From NCBI GenBank assembly GCA_951406725.2, contig OX597827.1:39866001-39930000 (forward strand): 64,000 bases of DNA. The letters run 5' to 3'. Made by a program: the position numbers and the translations under genes. How positions within the stretch are numbered: the first letter of the stretch is position 1; every line of letters starts with the position of its first letter. A model generated the notes under the pieces. The model made no database searches. It was not told the origin of the DNA and worked only from the letters and a program-made list of their open reading frames with translations. Below are positions 10,480-23,534 of the stretch, piece by piece. This stretch comes from Octopus vulgaris. Its lineage: Eukaryota.

Positions 10480-13214
10480 TTAATAATAAAAAATAAAAAT
10501 AAAATAAGTTTTTTTACAAAACATGGATATCCATGGTCCTTTTTTGGTTTATGTGCGAGTGTATGTTCTTGTGTTTATATGTGTGCTCGGATGTGCATAT
10601 ACGTATGCTTATCAGTTTAGATTTTATTATTTGAAAAATTTCTTCTGTACTTAATTTACATTTACTATCTGGAATTTGATAATTTATGGCATGGCTTATA
10701 ACCTCCCATATAATCTTATAATTTTTCCTATTATTTATTAATATCCATATAAATTTGCTGAGACTAGTATTATTAATTTATGCCTATTTCTTAAACAAGT
10801 CTCATGGTTCGCAATTCTTCGTTTAAATTGGGTTTCGGTTAAACCTATGTAATGGTACCCTTCAGATTCAGCTACACACCTATATACCAGGTCATCGTAT
10901 TTGCAATTATTAATAAGTTTGAAATTTTCTTTATATTTGCAATCACAATTTTTATTAACATCCTTATCTATATAATTCCTTCGTATATTATTTCTATTAT
11001 TTTCATTTCCAACATTAATATTATTATTATTATTCACTTTATTTGGGTTAGAAAGGGAATCAGTGTGGGTTATTTTCCCTCTGTTATTATAAATTGTCTT
11101 AACATCATTTCTACTTGAATTTCGATTGTTATAAAAAAAACATCTAATTTTCTATTATTAATTAGGCGCAGGAGTGGCTGTTTGGTAAGTAGCTTGCTAA
11201 CCAACTACATGGTTCCGGGTTCAGTACCACTGCGTGGCATCTTGGGCAAGTGTCTTCTGCTATAGCCCCGGGCCGACCAATGCCTTGTGAGTAGACGGAA
11301 ACTGAAAGAAGCCTGTCGTATATATGTATATATATATATGTGTGTGAATATGTTTGTGTGTCTGTGTTTGTTCCCCTAGCATTGCTTGACAACCGATGCT
11401 GGTGTGTTTACGTCCCCGTCACTTAGCGGTTCGGCAAAAGAGACCGATAGAATAAGTACTGGGCTTACAAAGAATAAGTCCCGGGGTCGATTTGCTCGAC
11501 TAAAAGGCGGTGCTCCAGCATGGCCGCAGTCAAATGACTGAAACAAGTAAAAAAAAAAGAGTAAATTGAGGATATAATTCCAAAAAGATTCATTGACAAG
11601 GAATGACCAACTGTTATAGATTTAGAATTAATAATTTCGCTATACTTATCCTTAATTAAATGTTTATGATTAATTAATAATTTGATTTAATTATGTTACT
11701 TTTGATTTGATTCACAAAGGGGATAATAAACCATTAATTATTGGTTTTATTTGGACAATTATAATTTAGATTAGATTTATCAGAATTTATGCAAGAAGTG
11801 TATCTTTTTATTTATATTATAGTTACGATTATAAGTATAATCATATATATTATTAATGTTATTAATCTTTGCTTTACCAGATTTTTTTTTTATTTTCGCA
11901 TGTGCTATTGCCATATTTAGTATCAGGTTTCATGAGTTTAGAATAAACTTTAGAATTTATTTTTACAATCCTTTTATTATTCTTCATATTTTAAAAATTT
12001 TGGCCATTTATCATAGGGTTTTATATAATCATTTTTTTTTCTATCTGTGCTTTCTTTATTTTATCATTATCTTTAGTTTCAGTTCATTCATCATATATTA
12101 TATTTGGCTTACTCCTTATTTTATCTTCACTATTTTCATTAGGTATCTATTCATTGGATCTATAATATATCATTTTATGCATTTTTAGAGAAGATCTCTT
12201 CATTATACGAGAGATAAGTTAGTCCCTTTTCTTTGTTTTTATTGATCTTAGATGATTATTTAGATTATTAATATATCTTAGATTTGTGTTAGGCTTATGA
12301 TACGGTTCATACCTGCCAGTTGCAAGATTAAAGTTAATGTCCAAAAAATCGACCGAGTTATTTTCTTTTTCATTAGAGATTGAAAGACCATAATTTAAAA
12401 AGAATTTAGGCAATTTTTTCTTATATATTTCCAATTTCCTATTTGATGGGGTTTTAATTAGAACCAGTACATCATCCCTATATAATACGCCCGTAATTTC
12501 AGGAAATTTATTATTTAAGTTATGTAGAATGTACATACCTACCAGGTCCGTTACCTGGGAGGAGTCTGCTGACCCCATGGTTATGTCAAATGAATTATAG
12601 GAATCCTTTCTAACCCAATATTTATGATCAAACTTAATTACTGATTTTCTAGCTTTTAAAATAACATTAATTTCTTTCATAAGTTAGTGTAATTTTTAGA
12701 GAAAATAAGAGCCTGATTTAGTATTATAAGATTATTTAGTATTATAATATCCATTTATAAAAATTTGAAATTATATCTGTTAACAGCCTATTGTTTCTTG
12801 GGTGCTTGCCCAAAGTTCTAATTTAATCTTCTTCTTAAGTATAGATATGTATTCATTGAATATATTCATACATAATATACCTATGTCAGATTTTCCAGGG
12901 CATATTAGTCTAACTTTAGGATTAGTTTGGAAATTTTCTTTGTGTTCTTTCAATGTATTTCGAGGTCTTATCATCAATTCTATATTCCGACATTATTTTC
13001 TTAGATTCTAAGTTAATCAATCTTCATACATTCTTATTTACTACTTCATAGTTCTTTGTAATTTCATTCTTAAGAAGTTCATGTTCAAATTGTAGAGATT
13101 TCCTGTCTCATCTGAGTGTACTATAATTCCATTTTTTCTTTTAAGTTCCAGGATTAAAGATTTCAGTTTTCTTAAATGTAAATTCTTTCTAAGAGGATAT
13201 TTCTAAGTTTTTTT

Positions 13215-13216
<2 letters not shown>
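10480..13216 (-). mobile_element. Decayed Naiad-type Penelope-like retroelement (RT plus C-terminal GIY-YIG), interrupted by a SINE
   Basis: TLKEHKENFQTNPKVRLICPGKSDIG; RT FDITMGSADSSQVTDLVG..LYRDD..VDFLDINFNL..YEPYHKPN; EN CDC..C..LVYRC..YIGLTETQFKRRIANH. Ends approximate. Confidence 0.85.
11164..11563 (+). mobile_element. Full-length tRNA-derived SINE, family A
   Basis: Head GGCGCAGGAGTGGCTG.., B-box-like GGTTCAGTACC, internal (TA/TG)n, tail GGCGGTGCTCCAGCATGGCCGCAGTCAAATGACTGAAAC plus A-rich end. Confidence 0.9.
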
Positions 13217-13274
<58 letters not shown>

Positions 13275-13276
<2 letters not shown>

Positions 13277-14260
13277 AGTTAAACGCAGGTGTTATTCAAA
13301 TTCTTTTACTTCCGACACATGTTTCGAAGATATCACTGGTATTATTCCAAAGGAATAAAATGGTGTAAAACAATGTAATCTTCTCTTCAGGGAAATGAAG
13401 AAATAAAACTCGTCAATAAGACATTTTAGCAGAATATGATGGATATGTATAGTGATGAACTGAACGCTATTAAGTAAGCCTATAGAAAGAAGAGGGGTAA
13501 AGGAAAGAAAAAAGTCAGAAATCAAATAAATGAGAAATATGGAACGATGTGTAAATTGAATAAAACCCTAAAGTCTTGGAAAAAGATATATCTAGTGGAA
13601 GTGAAATGTAAGAAGAAAATCAATGTTTAAATTATATATATAATGGTAGATATTACTTATATGAACTAAAGGTGTGTTTCTGCCAATGTTTACATCGGTA
13701 CACATTTAATGGAATAAGATTCCATTCAATCTTATTCTACCTTCCTTTATTAATGGAGACATGAAATCTAGTTGTAATGATATAAACGATATCAATTTTA
13801 ATTTATACGCCAACACCAAACAGAAGAATGGAGATAATCCTTATATTAAGCCCCTTTTTTATTCTAAAGGTAAACTGAAGTCTTTTAAAGATAGTTACAC
13901 TAAAAATAAGGAAACTACTAGCAAAACTATTTGGTTGATTATTCCTAATGGGAGGCAAATTAAATCTAATCTTCCTTTACAGTTTCGGGAAGCTATTATT
14001 AAGAATTTTCCAAAGAATTCTAGGTATTACTCTATTATCAATTCGCACACGGTTAGGATTGGTTTTTCCAACACAAAAAAAATCTCTTTCAAATTATCTC
14101 CTCACATAATAATAGTCTGTTAAATAAGACTCCATTTACTAATACTAACATTAATTTAGCTAATATCATCCATCACCCTAGAAATATTAATAACAAGGTT
14201 ATTGTCTCTGAAGTCAATTCCAACAGAATTGAATTTATATCAAGTAATTCTATGATTAAA
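13275..14260 (+). mobile_element. Second Naiad-like PLE fragment (RT-EN linker) preceded by an inverted terminal repeat
   Basis: ORF 13761-14123 TIWLIIPNGRQIKSNLPLQFREAIIKNFPK..IINSHTVRIGFS resembles the Naiad linker; a minus-strand HHR lies at 13310-13394. Confidence 0.6.
13310..13394 (-). ncRNA. Type I hammerhead ribozyme with intact core and extended stem II
   Basis: Minus strand: ttcc-CTGAAGA-gaagat...(inner ttattcc/ggaataa hairpin)...atcttc-GAAAC-ATGT-GTC-ggaa; GUC cleavage triplet; palindromic ACATGT. Confidence 0.8.
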
Positions 14261-15821
14261 ACTCTATATACCAGTACACTCTCATACAAGGAAAAATTAA
14301 CTTTCAATTATTTTATACACGACTTTCCGTCGTGGTCTGGCTAAACATTTTATGTAACGGTAAATAGAATATGTTATCTACAACTTTGGCCACTGTCCTT
14401 ATTCCTTGGAGTCCAACACAATGACATTCACATCATCTTTCTCTTTTTCAACATCACGCCTGTTACAATTGGTGACTCCGACGTCTAACTCCGTTCCAAT
14501 TAGTGCAAATTATCAGATGTTTCAAACTGTTTAATCGGCTTTACACTTCTATACGTGTATAGCGTTGTAAATATATTATCCATGCTGGCGTAGGCAGTAT
14601 TGTCATAAGTATGAGTCCCACTATAACTGAATAATGACAGTAAACAATGCACAGTCGCTTGTTGCATAACCAATTAAAACGTGCGTATTGATCAAATGTA
14701 TTCATAATATCAATAATCCGTTTCTGTGATTATTCAGATGTGTGTGTGTGTGCGTGTGTGCGTGCGTGCGTGCGTGCGTGCGTGCGCGTATGTGAGTGCT
14801 GGTATGCGTGCGGGCGTATATGTGTGTGCGTGTCCGCGCGCGTGCTATCAGATAAAAACGCCTACCCACAGGTTTTCTTCAAGTCATCATGACAACGATA
14901 TGCCTTATATAATTAAATAGACGCTGGAATACTTAAAATAACTAATGAAATAGTGAAAAATAAATATTAAAATAGCAAATGAATCAGATCAATGCGGATA
15001 ATTTATCTGCATTGTCAGTCAGGTAGTACCAGAAGGTATCATGCCCAATGGCTCCAACGTAGCAATATCAAAACCAACCGAAAGAAGGGAAGAGATGTTC
15101 TGCAGAGAAGACATATACAGAAGCATAAAATTAATGAACTATGTTAGTAAAGTTACTGAAAAGATTGTAGCATGACTAATTGGGAAGAGAATTAGCTTAA
15201 ACGAGATCCAGTTCGGGTTTATGCTCTGACGGAAAACCAATGATGTTATCTTCCTAGTGGTGCAACTACAGAACAAAATATTTAGCTAAAAGAAAGTCAA
15301 TGTATCAAGATTTTGTCGATTGACGAAAGTTTTTTTTTTAACAAGGTCCCTTACGCTATAGTTGATAGTCGCTAAGAAACTATTGATAGATGAATGGTTT
15401 TTGAGAGCCTTACAAGTCATTTACTGAGGTATGCCAGCGAGGTGACGATCAACAACGAGTTCGGTTTGGAATTTGTGAAGCTCGACGGCCATCAGAGCTC
15501 AGTACTCAGTCCGTCTATGTTTCTTAGTCATAGGAGAAGACCGGCTGTCCGAAGGAGCTCCTGTATTTCCATGACTTGGTCACTATACTTGATTTCATCA
15601 TATACCTAAAAAACAAATAAGACTCCTAATTAAGAAACAAAAAATACAATCCAGAGGCTTCAAAGTAAACCTAGCAAATGACTAATGTTTTAGTTAGTAA
15701 GAAAGCGTAAAGGGCCATATTTTCAATGGGAAAATGTCAACAATCAATACGCAAAAAAAGGAATAAGTAGAAATTCCATACGGTTTGCTCACTGTATATG
15801 ATGAATGCACAAGAGGTGCTC

Positions 15822-18297
15822 CAGGGGTTGTAAAAAATTAATTGCAATATATTGGTCCAATTAATTTATTGGAGTCGTACTACCTATTAAATAATTGATT
15901 GCTATCATATCAATTAATTGTAGTTAATTGCAACATTGTCAGCGAAAGTTTTTTCAAATGGTTCATATTTCATTCAACGTTCACTTGGCAAGTACAGCGT
16001 TCTATTATTATTTGAAATATTGTGATAGCACTTTGTTCTGACTGCTGAGAATGTTTCACACATTCTGTTGTACTTAGGAATTGACTATTGTGTATGTTAT
16101 CAAGTGTTGATGCTTGATTCAGACTGCTGAGAATGATGCACATTTTATCATGCTTGGGAATTGGCTATTGTGTATTATTGTCAAATAACCGCTGTCGAAT
16201 GTTGACGCTAGGTTAGGACTGCCGAGAATGATTTACACATTCTGTCGTGTTTGGGAATTGGCTATTGTGTATGTTGTGAAATAATCGCTGTCGAGTGATT
16301 CTTGGTTCTGACTGTCGAGAATGATTCACACATTTTGTCTTCGAGACATTAAATCGTAACTTCGCCTGCAACGCAGTTGTATCTTGAATTCCGTTCCAAC
16401 ATATTAAATGAATCAGACTTTTATCAGTGGAGTGGTGCAATATCTTCTATTTTATACTGTGGCGAAATATATATTATTTTAAACTAACCCATGCCGCGTG
16501 AAAATGTGCAAATCATCAGAAAATATTTTAATCAAACAGACAGTGAACCTGTATGGAAATGCAAGTGTGGAAAAAAGTTGACCCAGAAAAAAGAAACTGG
16601 GTGGACAAATCTTATGAATCATATAAAAAATCAGCATCCAACGTATTCTACTACACAAGCAACTGGACAACCATCTTTATCGAGTTTTCTTTCACAATGA
16701 AATAGTTTGGTCAGTCGCTCAGCCTTAAATGTTTATGGTTGGATTGAGTGGGTGTATGTTGGTTTAAAGCCATTTTCCTTTACTGAAGATTCACGGACTC
16801 GTAAATACACAAACTTGAGAAGTTTGACAAATGTGACCTTAAAGAAATACATTGGGAAACTTACTCAAGAAGTGGAAAAGAAAATATCTGATGAACTTCC
16901 AAGTAAATTTTCGTTGGTAATTGATGGTTGGACTAAGGGTTCAACACATTTCATTGGACTTTTTGCATCTTATTCGTGCAATTATCAAAATGATTTTTGT
17001 ACTGTTTTGCTGGCATTTTAGCCAATGGCAAGTGAAATATCATTCACTGCTTCTGCGTCGAATTTATAGAGTATATGTTAAATGTCTATAACAAAAATTT
17101 AGAAAATGTAGCTATTACCGGAGATAATATTGAAGTGAACATATCTATAGCGAATTTGTGTAGAATACCATTGATTGGATGTGCCTCTCATAAATTCAAT
17201 CTAGCTGTTTCTGTTTATCTCGACAAGCAAGGAGTTCTGCTTGATTAATATGTTGATGGGCAAGCTAAAATCATTAAAATTTGCGGATAAACGTCGGGAA
17301 AAAACGCCTTTGCAACCTATACAAAGAAATAAAACCCGTTGATCCAGTACTTACGATATGATTTAGAGGTACCCAACTCAAGCCGTTTTTAGACTCTTTT
17401 CAAGGCGATCCAATGCTGGTTGATTATCTGTATACCCCACGTGATCATACTGATCTGCAGACACTAAAAGACAATTTACGAAAGTTACGCTCAGTAACAG
17501 TCGCCTTGCAAAGAACAGAAATTGATTTGGGAGATGCTCGAATTTTTTTGACAAAATTCTCGCATTGTATCCTTATGAGGAGTTTAAAAAATATTTGCTT
17601 CCATTGTGCACAGCTCAAATTTTGAAAGTGGAATTGTGGAAATTTTACAACATGCAGAAGATGATGATTTTGCATCAATTTGTTTGAGAAAACGCAGAAA
17701 AAAAGATAAAATTTCACCTCAGCAATATCTGAACTGTAGATTTTTGTTACCAACGTCCAGCATCTGGAAATGCTTCTTCAGCTCAGCAGGTTACACTTTT
17801 AATGATTTTCGGCAATACTTAACACCAATGAATTTAGAAATGCAGTTATTTCTAAAAGTCAATTGCGCTTTCTGGGATGAAGAACTAGTTTCAGAAATTT
17901 GAAATCGTTCATGACTTTTTGCAATATTAGAACATTTTAATTGTGCTACTCGTTTGAGAAACTCTTTCAATTAAATACTTTCAATTTATTTGTTTTTCAA
18001 CTACTGTACAATGTAGATCATTCATGTTGTTTGTTCCCTATTCTAAATCAATAAAATTAAACTTTATTTCTGATAATAAAGTTTTTTGAAACTATAAGAC
18101 GTGCCTTTTATTTTCCTATCATTTTGGCTCTTACCTAAATCGAAGCTAACACTCCAAAATACATGGCGTTTTTACGTTCGGCAAAATAATTGACAATTAA
18201 TTGCAATAATTGATTGGCCTGTGTCCCAATTAAAATTGATTGATTGTTAGGAAAATAATTGATTGGAAAGGTTCCAATAAATTTTTTACAATCCCTG
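15822..18297 (+). mobile_element. hAT-like DNA transposon with TIRs and a short target duplication
   Basis: TIRs caggggttgtaaaaaatt / aattttttacaatccctg; GCTC on both flanks; four gactg(c/t)(t/c)gagaatg repeats at about 16040-16325. Confidence 0.88.
16491..17902 (+). pseudogene. hAT transposase pseudogene (BED-like finger, DDE core, dimerization motif)
   Basis: WKCKCGKK..GWTNLMNHIKNQH; FSLVIDGWT; GDN..IPLIGCASHKFNLAV; LPTS..FFSSAG..LTPMNLEMQLFLKVN..FWD; several stops and frameshifts. Confidence 0.85.
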
Positions 18298-20016
18298 GCT
18301 CTGTGGTCAAACGTAGGCTGACAAGGAAGGTAATCTTTGCATGTTACAGACACACTGAAATAGTTAATAGTAAGAGTACACATGACATTATTACTTTCAA
18401 ATGCTTCAATGGCTTGTTAGATGTAGGTCATGGCTTTTACTATCTAGGCAACCTAGTAAACAGGGAAAATGAAAGTTTTGAAAGCATAGTTATCTGGAAG
18501 TTATTATCTCTGCTAGAAACAAACAGCGTCTCTCTCTTGCAATGAAGGACAGATTGTATAATGCTTGTATACTAAGTATAAGCAGAAGTAATGGTTCCCT
18601 GTACCACATGGTACACCCTGTACCACGGTACATTCACAGACACATGTGTATGTGAGAGGGACAAAGAGAGAGAGAGAGTGCGTGTATGTGTGTGTGTTAA
18701 TATGTGAAGTATGATACAACATGGTAGCGTGATGGGGACCTTGAATGCAGAGTATATGCGAAGGCTGGAAAGAAATAAAGCGAACTGTTCTTTTGGACGA
18801 GTATTGTTAGTGTATCAGTTATTCTTTCACTGGTGTCAAACATTGGACTGCGACCTTGCTAGAGCACCGCCTTCAAAGGTTTTAGATAAACATATCAACC
18901 TTAATCTGGTACTTATTTTATAGATCTCTATTGGATTGTTAACGTAAATAGGGCACTGATTTGCACCACCAAGTACAGATACTGACAAGTTCACACACAC
19001 ACACAAGCACAAACACCAGTGGTGACTCGTGTATAGGCACTGCGGAACTGATGCACCCCTATTTCCACTTGATATTATTGATAACATTCAATAAAATGAG
19101 TCCTTTTTTCTTTAATTCTTTCTTTACATTATATAATCCGTAAGCTTAATGTCAGTAGCCATCCCCTAGTTGTATAGCACTCCACAGTTCCAGCGACGCG
19201 GTGTTTGGCTGTTGTGCGCATATTCACATGTCCCAGATAGGAAACTGCACGATAGGGAGAGAAAGCACTGCTTCCTACTACAGTGTTGCTGCCAGGATTT
19301 GAAAAATAGAGCAGATTTTCCCCCTTATTTTTAAAAACAAGGGGGAATTCGCGGCGGTGTTCAGTGAACAAATTAAACACACTACCCGGCAGTGGCTAAA
19401 ATGCGAACCGATCAAGTCTATGTATAAATTTTCTTTTTATATGTCTGTTTCCTTTTACACAATATTAAAGCAACGGCTAAGAATTTTCTGAAGCAGCACC
19501 CCTATTAATTTTATCTACGCGCCGCCACTGACAAACACACACACACACACACAGATACATGAGTGTGAAAGAGAGAGAGAGGGGGAGGGAGGGGTGTGTG
19601 TGTGAATATATATATTTGTATCACAAAGGCACACTCGCAGACACATATTTGCTCGATATTTTGTACAGATAAAAACACGGAAACCAATATCTAATAAAAA
19701 TTCCTTTTATTAATCGATGATACACAGCAGCAAATCAGGCAATATTTTGAAAGAACTGCCGTTCTCTGCTTTTCCCTGTAGTAAACAGCTGTTTGGTCAA
19801 TATTTTCTACCAGCTGATATACTTTCACTCAACATTTAGTGCTACTGTACTGTTTAGTTGCCTTTGACCAATTGCACTTCTCACGTATACCGTCATTCAT
19901 CTGAGGCTATTGAATCTGGTATTGCTGCCAATGTACCAGCGATTCTGTAATACAGACTTGTATTACGCCATGAAAATTGTTCTTGTAGGTATGGTTCTGC
20001 CTTTAGGAGATACCGA

Positions 20017-20424
20017 GGATCTTTTCGGTTTGAACGGCAGTTTTTCTAGCGGTGTCATATGAAATTGTCACCCATAATTATGACCCTAGTATCGATCTAT
20101 TGCATTTCAATCTATTTTAGGGTTAGGGTTAGGGGGAAGGGTATCTTTTTTCTTCAAAAATGTAAATAAACGCAATCTGTTTCTTAAACGAGGGACATAT
20201 TCATTATGCACAGAATGTTGTTTACCTCAATGGACGTCAGTGATTGGTTGAAATTGCAGAAATTGAAGAAAAAAACAACAAATATCTTACAAACTATAAC
20301 ATTTTCTCAATAAAGCCAAGAGAAAAAGATGTTTTATAAACACATTCTACCAGTATACGAAGTTTAAAATTTTTTAGTTACCTAGAAATTATGTTAAAAA
20401 CTGCCGTTCAAACCGAAAAGATCC
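20017..20424. mobile_element. MITE, Merlin-like (GG-starting TIRs, 8-bp TSD), carrying (TTAGGG)3
   Basis: TIR ggatcttttcggtttgaacggcagttttt / aaaaactgccgttcaaaccgaaaagatcc; flanks gataccga and gatcccga. Confidence 0.85.
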
Positions 20425-22006
20425 GATCCCGACTAAAATCATAACGTCTTGCAACAAGTTGACAGTGCTCATCTGAATCATTTGACGTATCAAGATTGAG
20501 AGTAATACAACCAAATGGACAAAGAATATTTTGGTCAGTATCATTCAATCACGATTCCATTTTAACAACCTTATCTAGACTGAAGTAATTGATAGATGTA
20601 CAATGGCAGTATTTGGCAGTATTTGGCAATTTGATTCAGCAGTACTCCCATTGCTGATTCACTAATCAGGGCTTGCAACAAACAAAATATTTTTTCAGTG
20701 GAATTCATGCTTCCATGAATGAGAATTATGCGCCTGAAATTATTCCTTTGGGAATTTCACCTAACATTTCAGCGACCATCATAACGCTTTTAAAGTTTTC
20801 TTCATTTCTATCATTCATGAGTATTTCTTTAGTTATTGTTAATGCTGTCATACATCCTTTCCCAGAAGGAATTCACTAAGGCTGTTTGCATTTGGTACTC
20901 AGAACTAAAGCACCGTATGAAGTTATAGTATAGTACGTTCTGAGTTCAAATCTCACCGAAGTCAATTTTACCTTTCAATTTTTTTCGAGGTCATTAAAAT
21001 AAAGTGGCAGTCAAATACTATACTCCACTGAAAATCTCTGGGCTTGTGCCGAAATCGGAAACAATTATTTTCAGCACAATCAATTAAATTAGAAGTGAGA
21101 CTCGTGTATGACATTCAATAATGCACTACTATCCATACACGTAAAGGTTTGGATCTTAGTTATTTGTCAAGTCAAATAATGCCTTTATGATATAAGCTTA
21201 CAACAGCTTTTATTTCGTACATATATAACCGTCATAATGCTTTCAAAGAGTTGAAATCGTCTGAGAAAGGACTGTAATGTATGATCAAATGTAACAAGTC
21301 CCCAATGTGATGATGGTGGTCGTCACTAATTTCATGTGAGTGTTCTGTGACAGCCTGAAAAGAAAGTCAGAAGGCAGAGTATATATATAACATAAAGATT
21401 TATTTTTGAAGGGTAACAAGTACTCGCAAGAAGCAATAAGAATTAACTTTTTAGTTTGTGTGTGACTGCTAAACAAATGCTGTAGCGAAACATGAAGAAA
21501 TTCGCATGACTTAACGATTTATTTCATTTGGGTGGCTTATATACTGCAGAATGAAAACAGATACCAATGAAATGAGTTGCGCGACCTTGGTGGTGTACCC
21601 TGTAAGGGTGGGCCGTTAATGCTGCAGCTCTCTAAACTGGTGGTGAACATAGATGTACCATGTTGAAGAAAGAGATGTTGCTTCCTCGCCGTCAAATCCG
21701 CAACTCCTTTAGCTATTTGAAAAAGGTGTGTATACTTCTGAGTGAAAGTTTCCACACGTATCCTTCTGCAGACAGATCTAATTGGATGAAATGACCATCG
21801 TACAAGCCACCACGACAAAATAGCTCTTTTCTGCTACGCTTTTATAGAATGCGGTCTAGCTGCAACCTTCAGAGAAGTCACCTGGTCAGGAGAGAGGTAT
21901 CAATAGTATATGATCATTCCTTATACTTACTATACAATCCAAGTATTTGCCAATAATTTTGTCATGTTTATGCCTTAGCTTCCCAAATACATTTATGACT
22001 AAATTG

Positions 22007-22390
22007 TGGAGGCGCAATGGCCCAGTGGTTAGGGCAGCGGACTCGCGGTCGTAAGATCGCGGTTTCGATTCCCAGACCGGGCGTTGTGAGTGTTTATTGA
22101 GCGAAAACACCTAAAGCTCCACGAGGCTCCGGCAGGGGATGGTGGTGATCCCTGCTGTACTCTTTCACCACAACTTTCTCTCACTCTTACTTCCTGTTTC
22201 TGTTGTACCTGTATTTCAAAGGGCCGGCCCTGTCACTCTCTGTGTCACGCTGAATATCCCCGAGAACTACGTTAAGGGTACACGTGTCTGTGGAGTGCTC
22301 AGCCACTTACACGTTAATTTCACGAGCAGGCTGTTCCGTTGATTCGGATCAACCGGAACCCTCGTCGTCGTAACCGACGGAGTGCTTCCC
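22007..22390 (+). mobile_element. Full-length tRNA-derived SINE (family C head, family B tail)
   Basis: A-box TGGCCCAGTGG, B-box GTTTCGATTCC; perfect 12-bp TSD atgactaaattg. Confidence 0.92.
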
Positions 22391-22983
22391 ATGACTAAAT
22401 TGCCTTTTTTTCTTTTTCACTTTCTTTCTTTCTTCCTTCCTCTCTTTCTTTCTGTCTTTCTTTTTCACTTTTTGTGAAAACTTCTTTCATTTGAAAGCAT
22501 TGCATAAAATCTGATGAAAGACTCCCTGATTACTTTTCAGCAATAAATTTGAGGTGTATTGTAACTTGATCAAACTTACTAACATCTGGCATTTCATAAA
22601 CGATAATAGAATATCCTGAACGCTTTTTCCCATCATTTGCTACGCTGTATAAGACAACTTAAGCCGTACTGGACAACAATATATATGCGCAATGAACTCA
22701 CTCAACAGTTTTTCTTCAAGTCAAGGCATATCCTTTGTCTGTTTAATAGCGGAAATTTTATCCAAAATTTCTACAGTTCTCAACGTGACCTAATTGAGCT
22801 ACATTTACTTGGGCAGTGAACAGTTAAATTTCGATTGCAATTTCAAACATTTTCGGCTTTATACTATATGCTGCTTTGTCACACGGAATTTTGTTGTTTG
22901 TGTTCGTTTACAGTCTACTAATTTCTTCATGGTCTGCTGATGACAAGCACTTTTCACCTGCTTCGTAATCTGGTTTATCTGTC

Positions 22984-23229
22984 AAGACGGCGAGCTGGCA
23001 GAAACGTTAGCACGCCGGGCGAAATGCTTAGCAGTATTTCGTCTGTCTTTACGTTCTAGGTTCAAATTCTGCCGAGGTCGACTTTGCCTTTCATCCTTTC
23101 GGGATCGATAAATTAAATACCAGTTGTGTACTTGGGTCGATAAATTAAGTACCAGTTGTGTACTGGAGTCGATCTATTCGACTGAGCCCCTTCCCAAAAA
23201 TTTCGGGCCTTGTGCCTAGAGTAGAAAAG
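22984..23229 (+). mobile_element. tRNA-derived SINE, family D
   Basis: Head GGCGAGCTGGCAGAAACGTTAGC, core gaggtcgactttgcctttcatcctttcg, internal ~30-bp tandem duplication; TSD aatctg(g/a)tttatctgt. Confidence 0.88.
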
Positions 23230-23534
23230 AATCTGATTTATCTGTTTGTACTTTTCCAAATTTGATATGTTACTATGCACGAACATTATAGAAAAATACG
23301 TGGAAACTGGTTAAAGCGGTGATTGATATTTTGATTAGGTTGCGTGTTGTTCCTCATATTAAAACTAAGTCGCCATTATATATATATATATATATATATG
23401 ATTGTAGAGATGATCGTGTTCTCACGTGGGAAAACCATCTAATAACGACTCCGTCCAGAAGGCTGGAATAATACATATATGTACCAGAAGGGAAAGAGAG
23501 AGACACAATCGAATAGAATGTTTAAGAGATAGAT

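Larger units (their letters stand above)
15050..18800 (+). mobile_element. Highly decayed RTE-clade LINE RT fragment split by the hAT insertion
   Basis: Remnants resembling IKLM..V.KVTE..I...L.EIQFGF...T.D.IFLV.QLQ near 15125-15290; sequence continues after 18301 (RRLERN near 18760). Confidence 0.6.
19740..23300 (-). pseudogene. Very old hAT (Tip100/ZMYM1-like) transposase remnant with nested MITE and SINEs
   Basis: Hand translation of the minus strand: KKRSGYSIIVYEMPDVSKFDQVTIHLKF near 22630-22545 (cf. YSIIxDExxDVSxxEQ) and TRFNSLR*MTVYVRSAIGQRQLNSTVALNVE near 19920-19828 (cf. ERSFSxLKxIKTYLRSxMGQxRL). Confidence 0.55.

Noticed and set aside
10480-13216. Selenocysteine recoding, reported for some Naiad elements
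   Set aside because: Copy too decayed; no in-frame TGA at a conserved Cys or SECIS could be identified by eye.
22007-22085. tRNA genes at SINE heads (also 6431, 11164, 48312)
   Set aside because: A/B boxes are present, but they continue into repeat bodies and I could not fold a full cloverleaf.
19700-23300. Endogenous viral element
   Set aside because: The recognisable motifs fit a decayed hAT transposase better.
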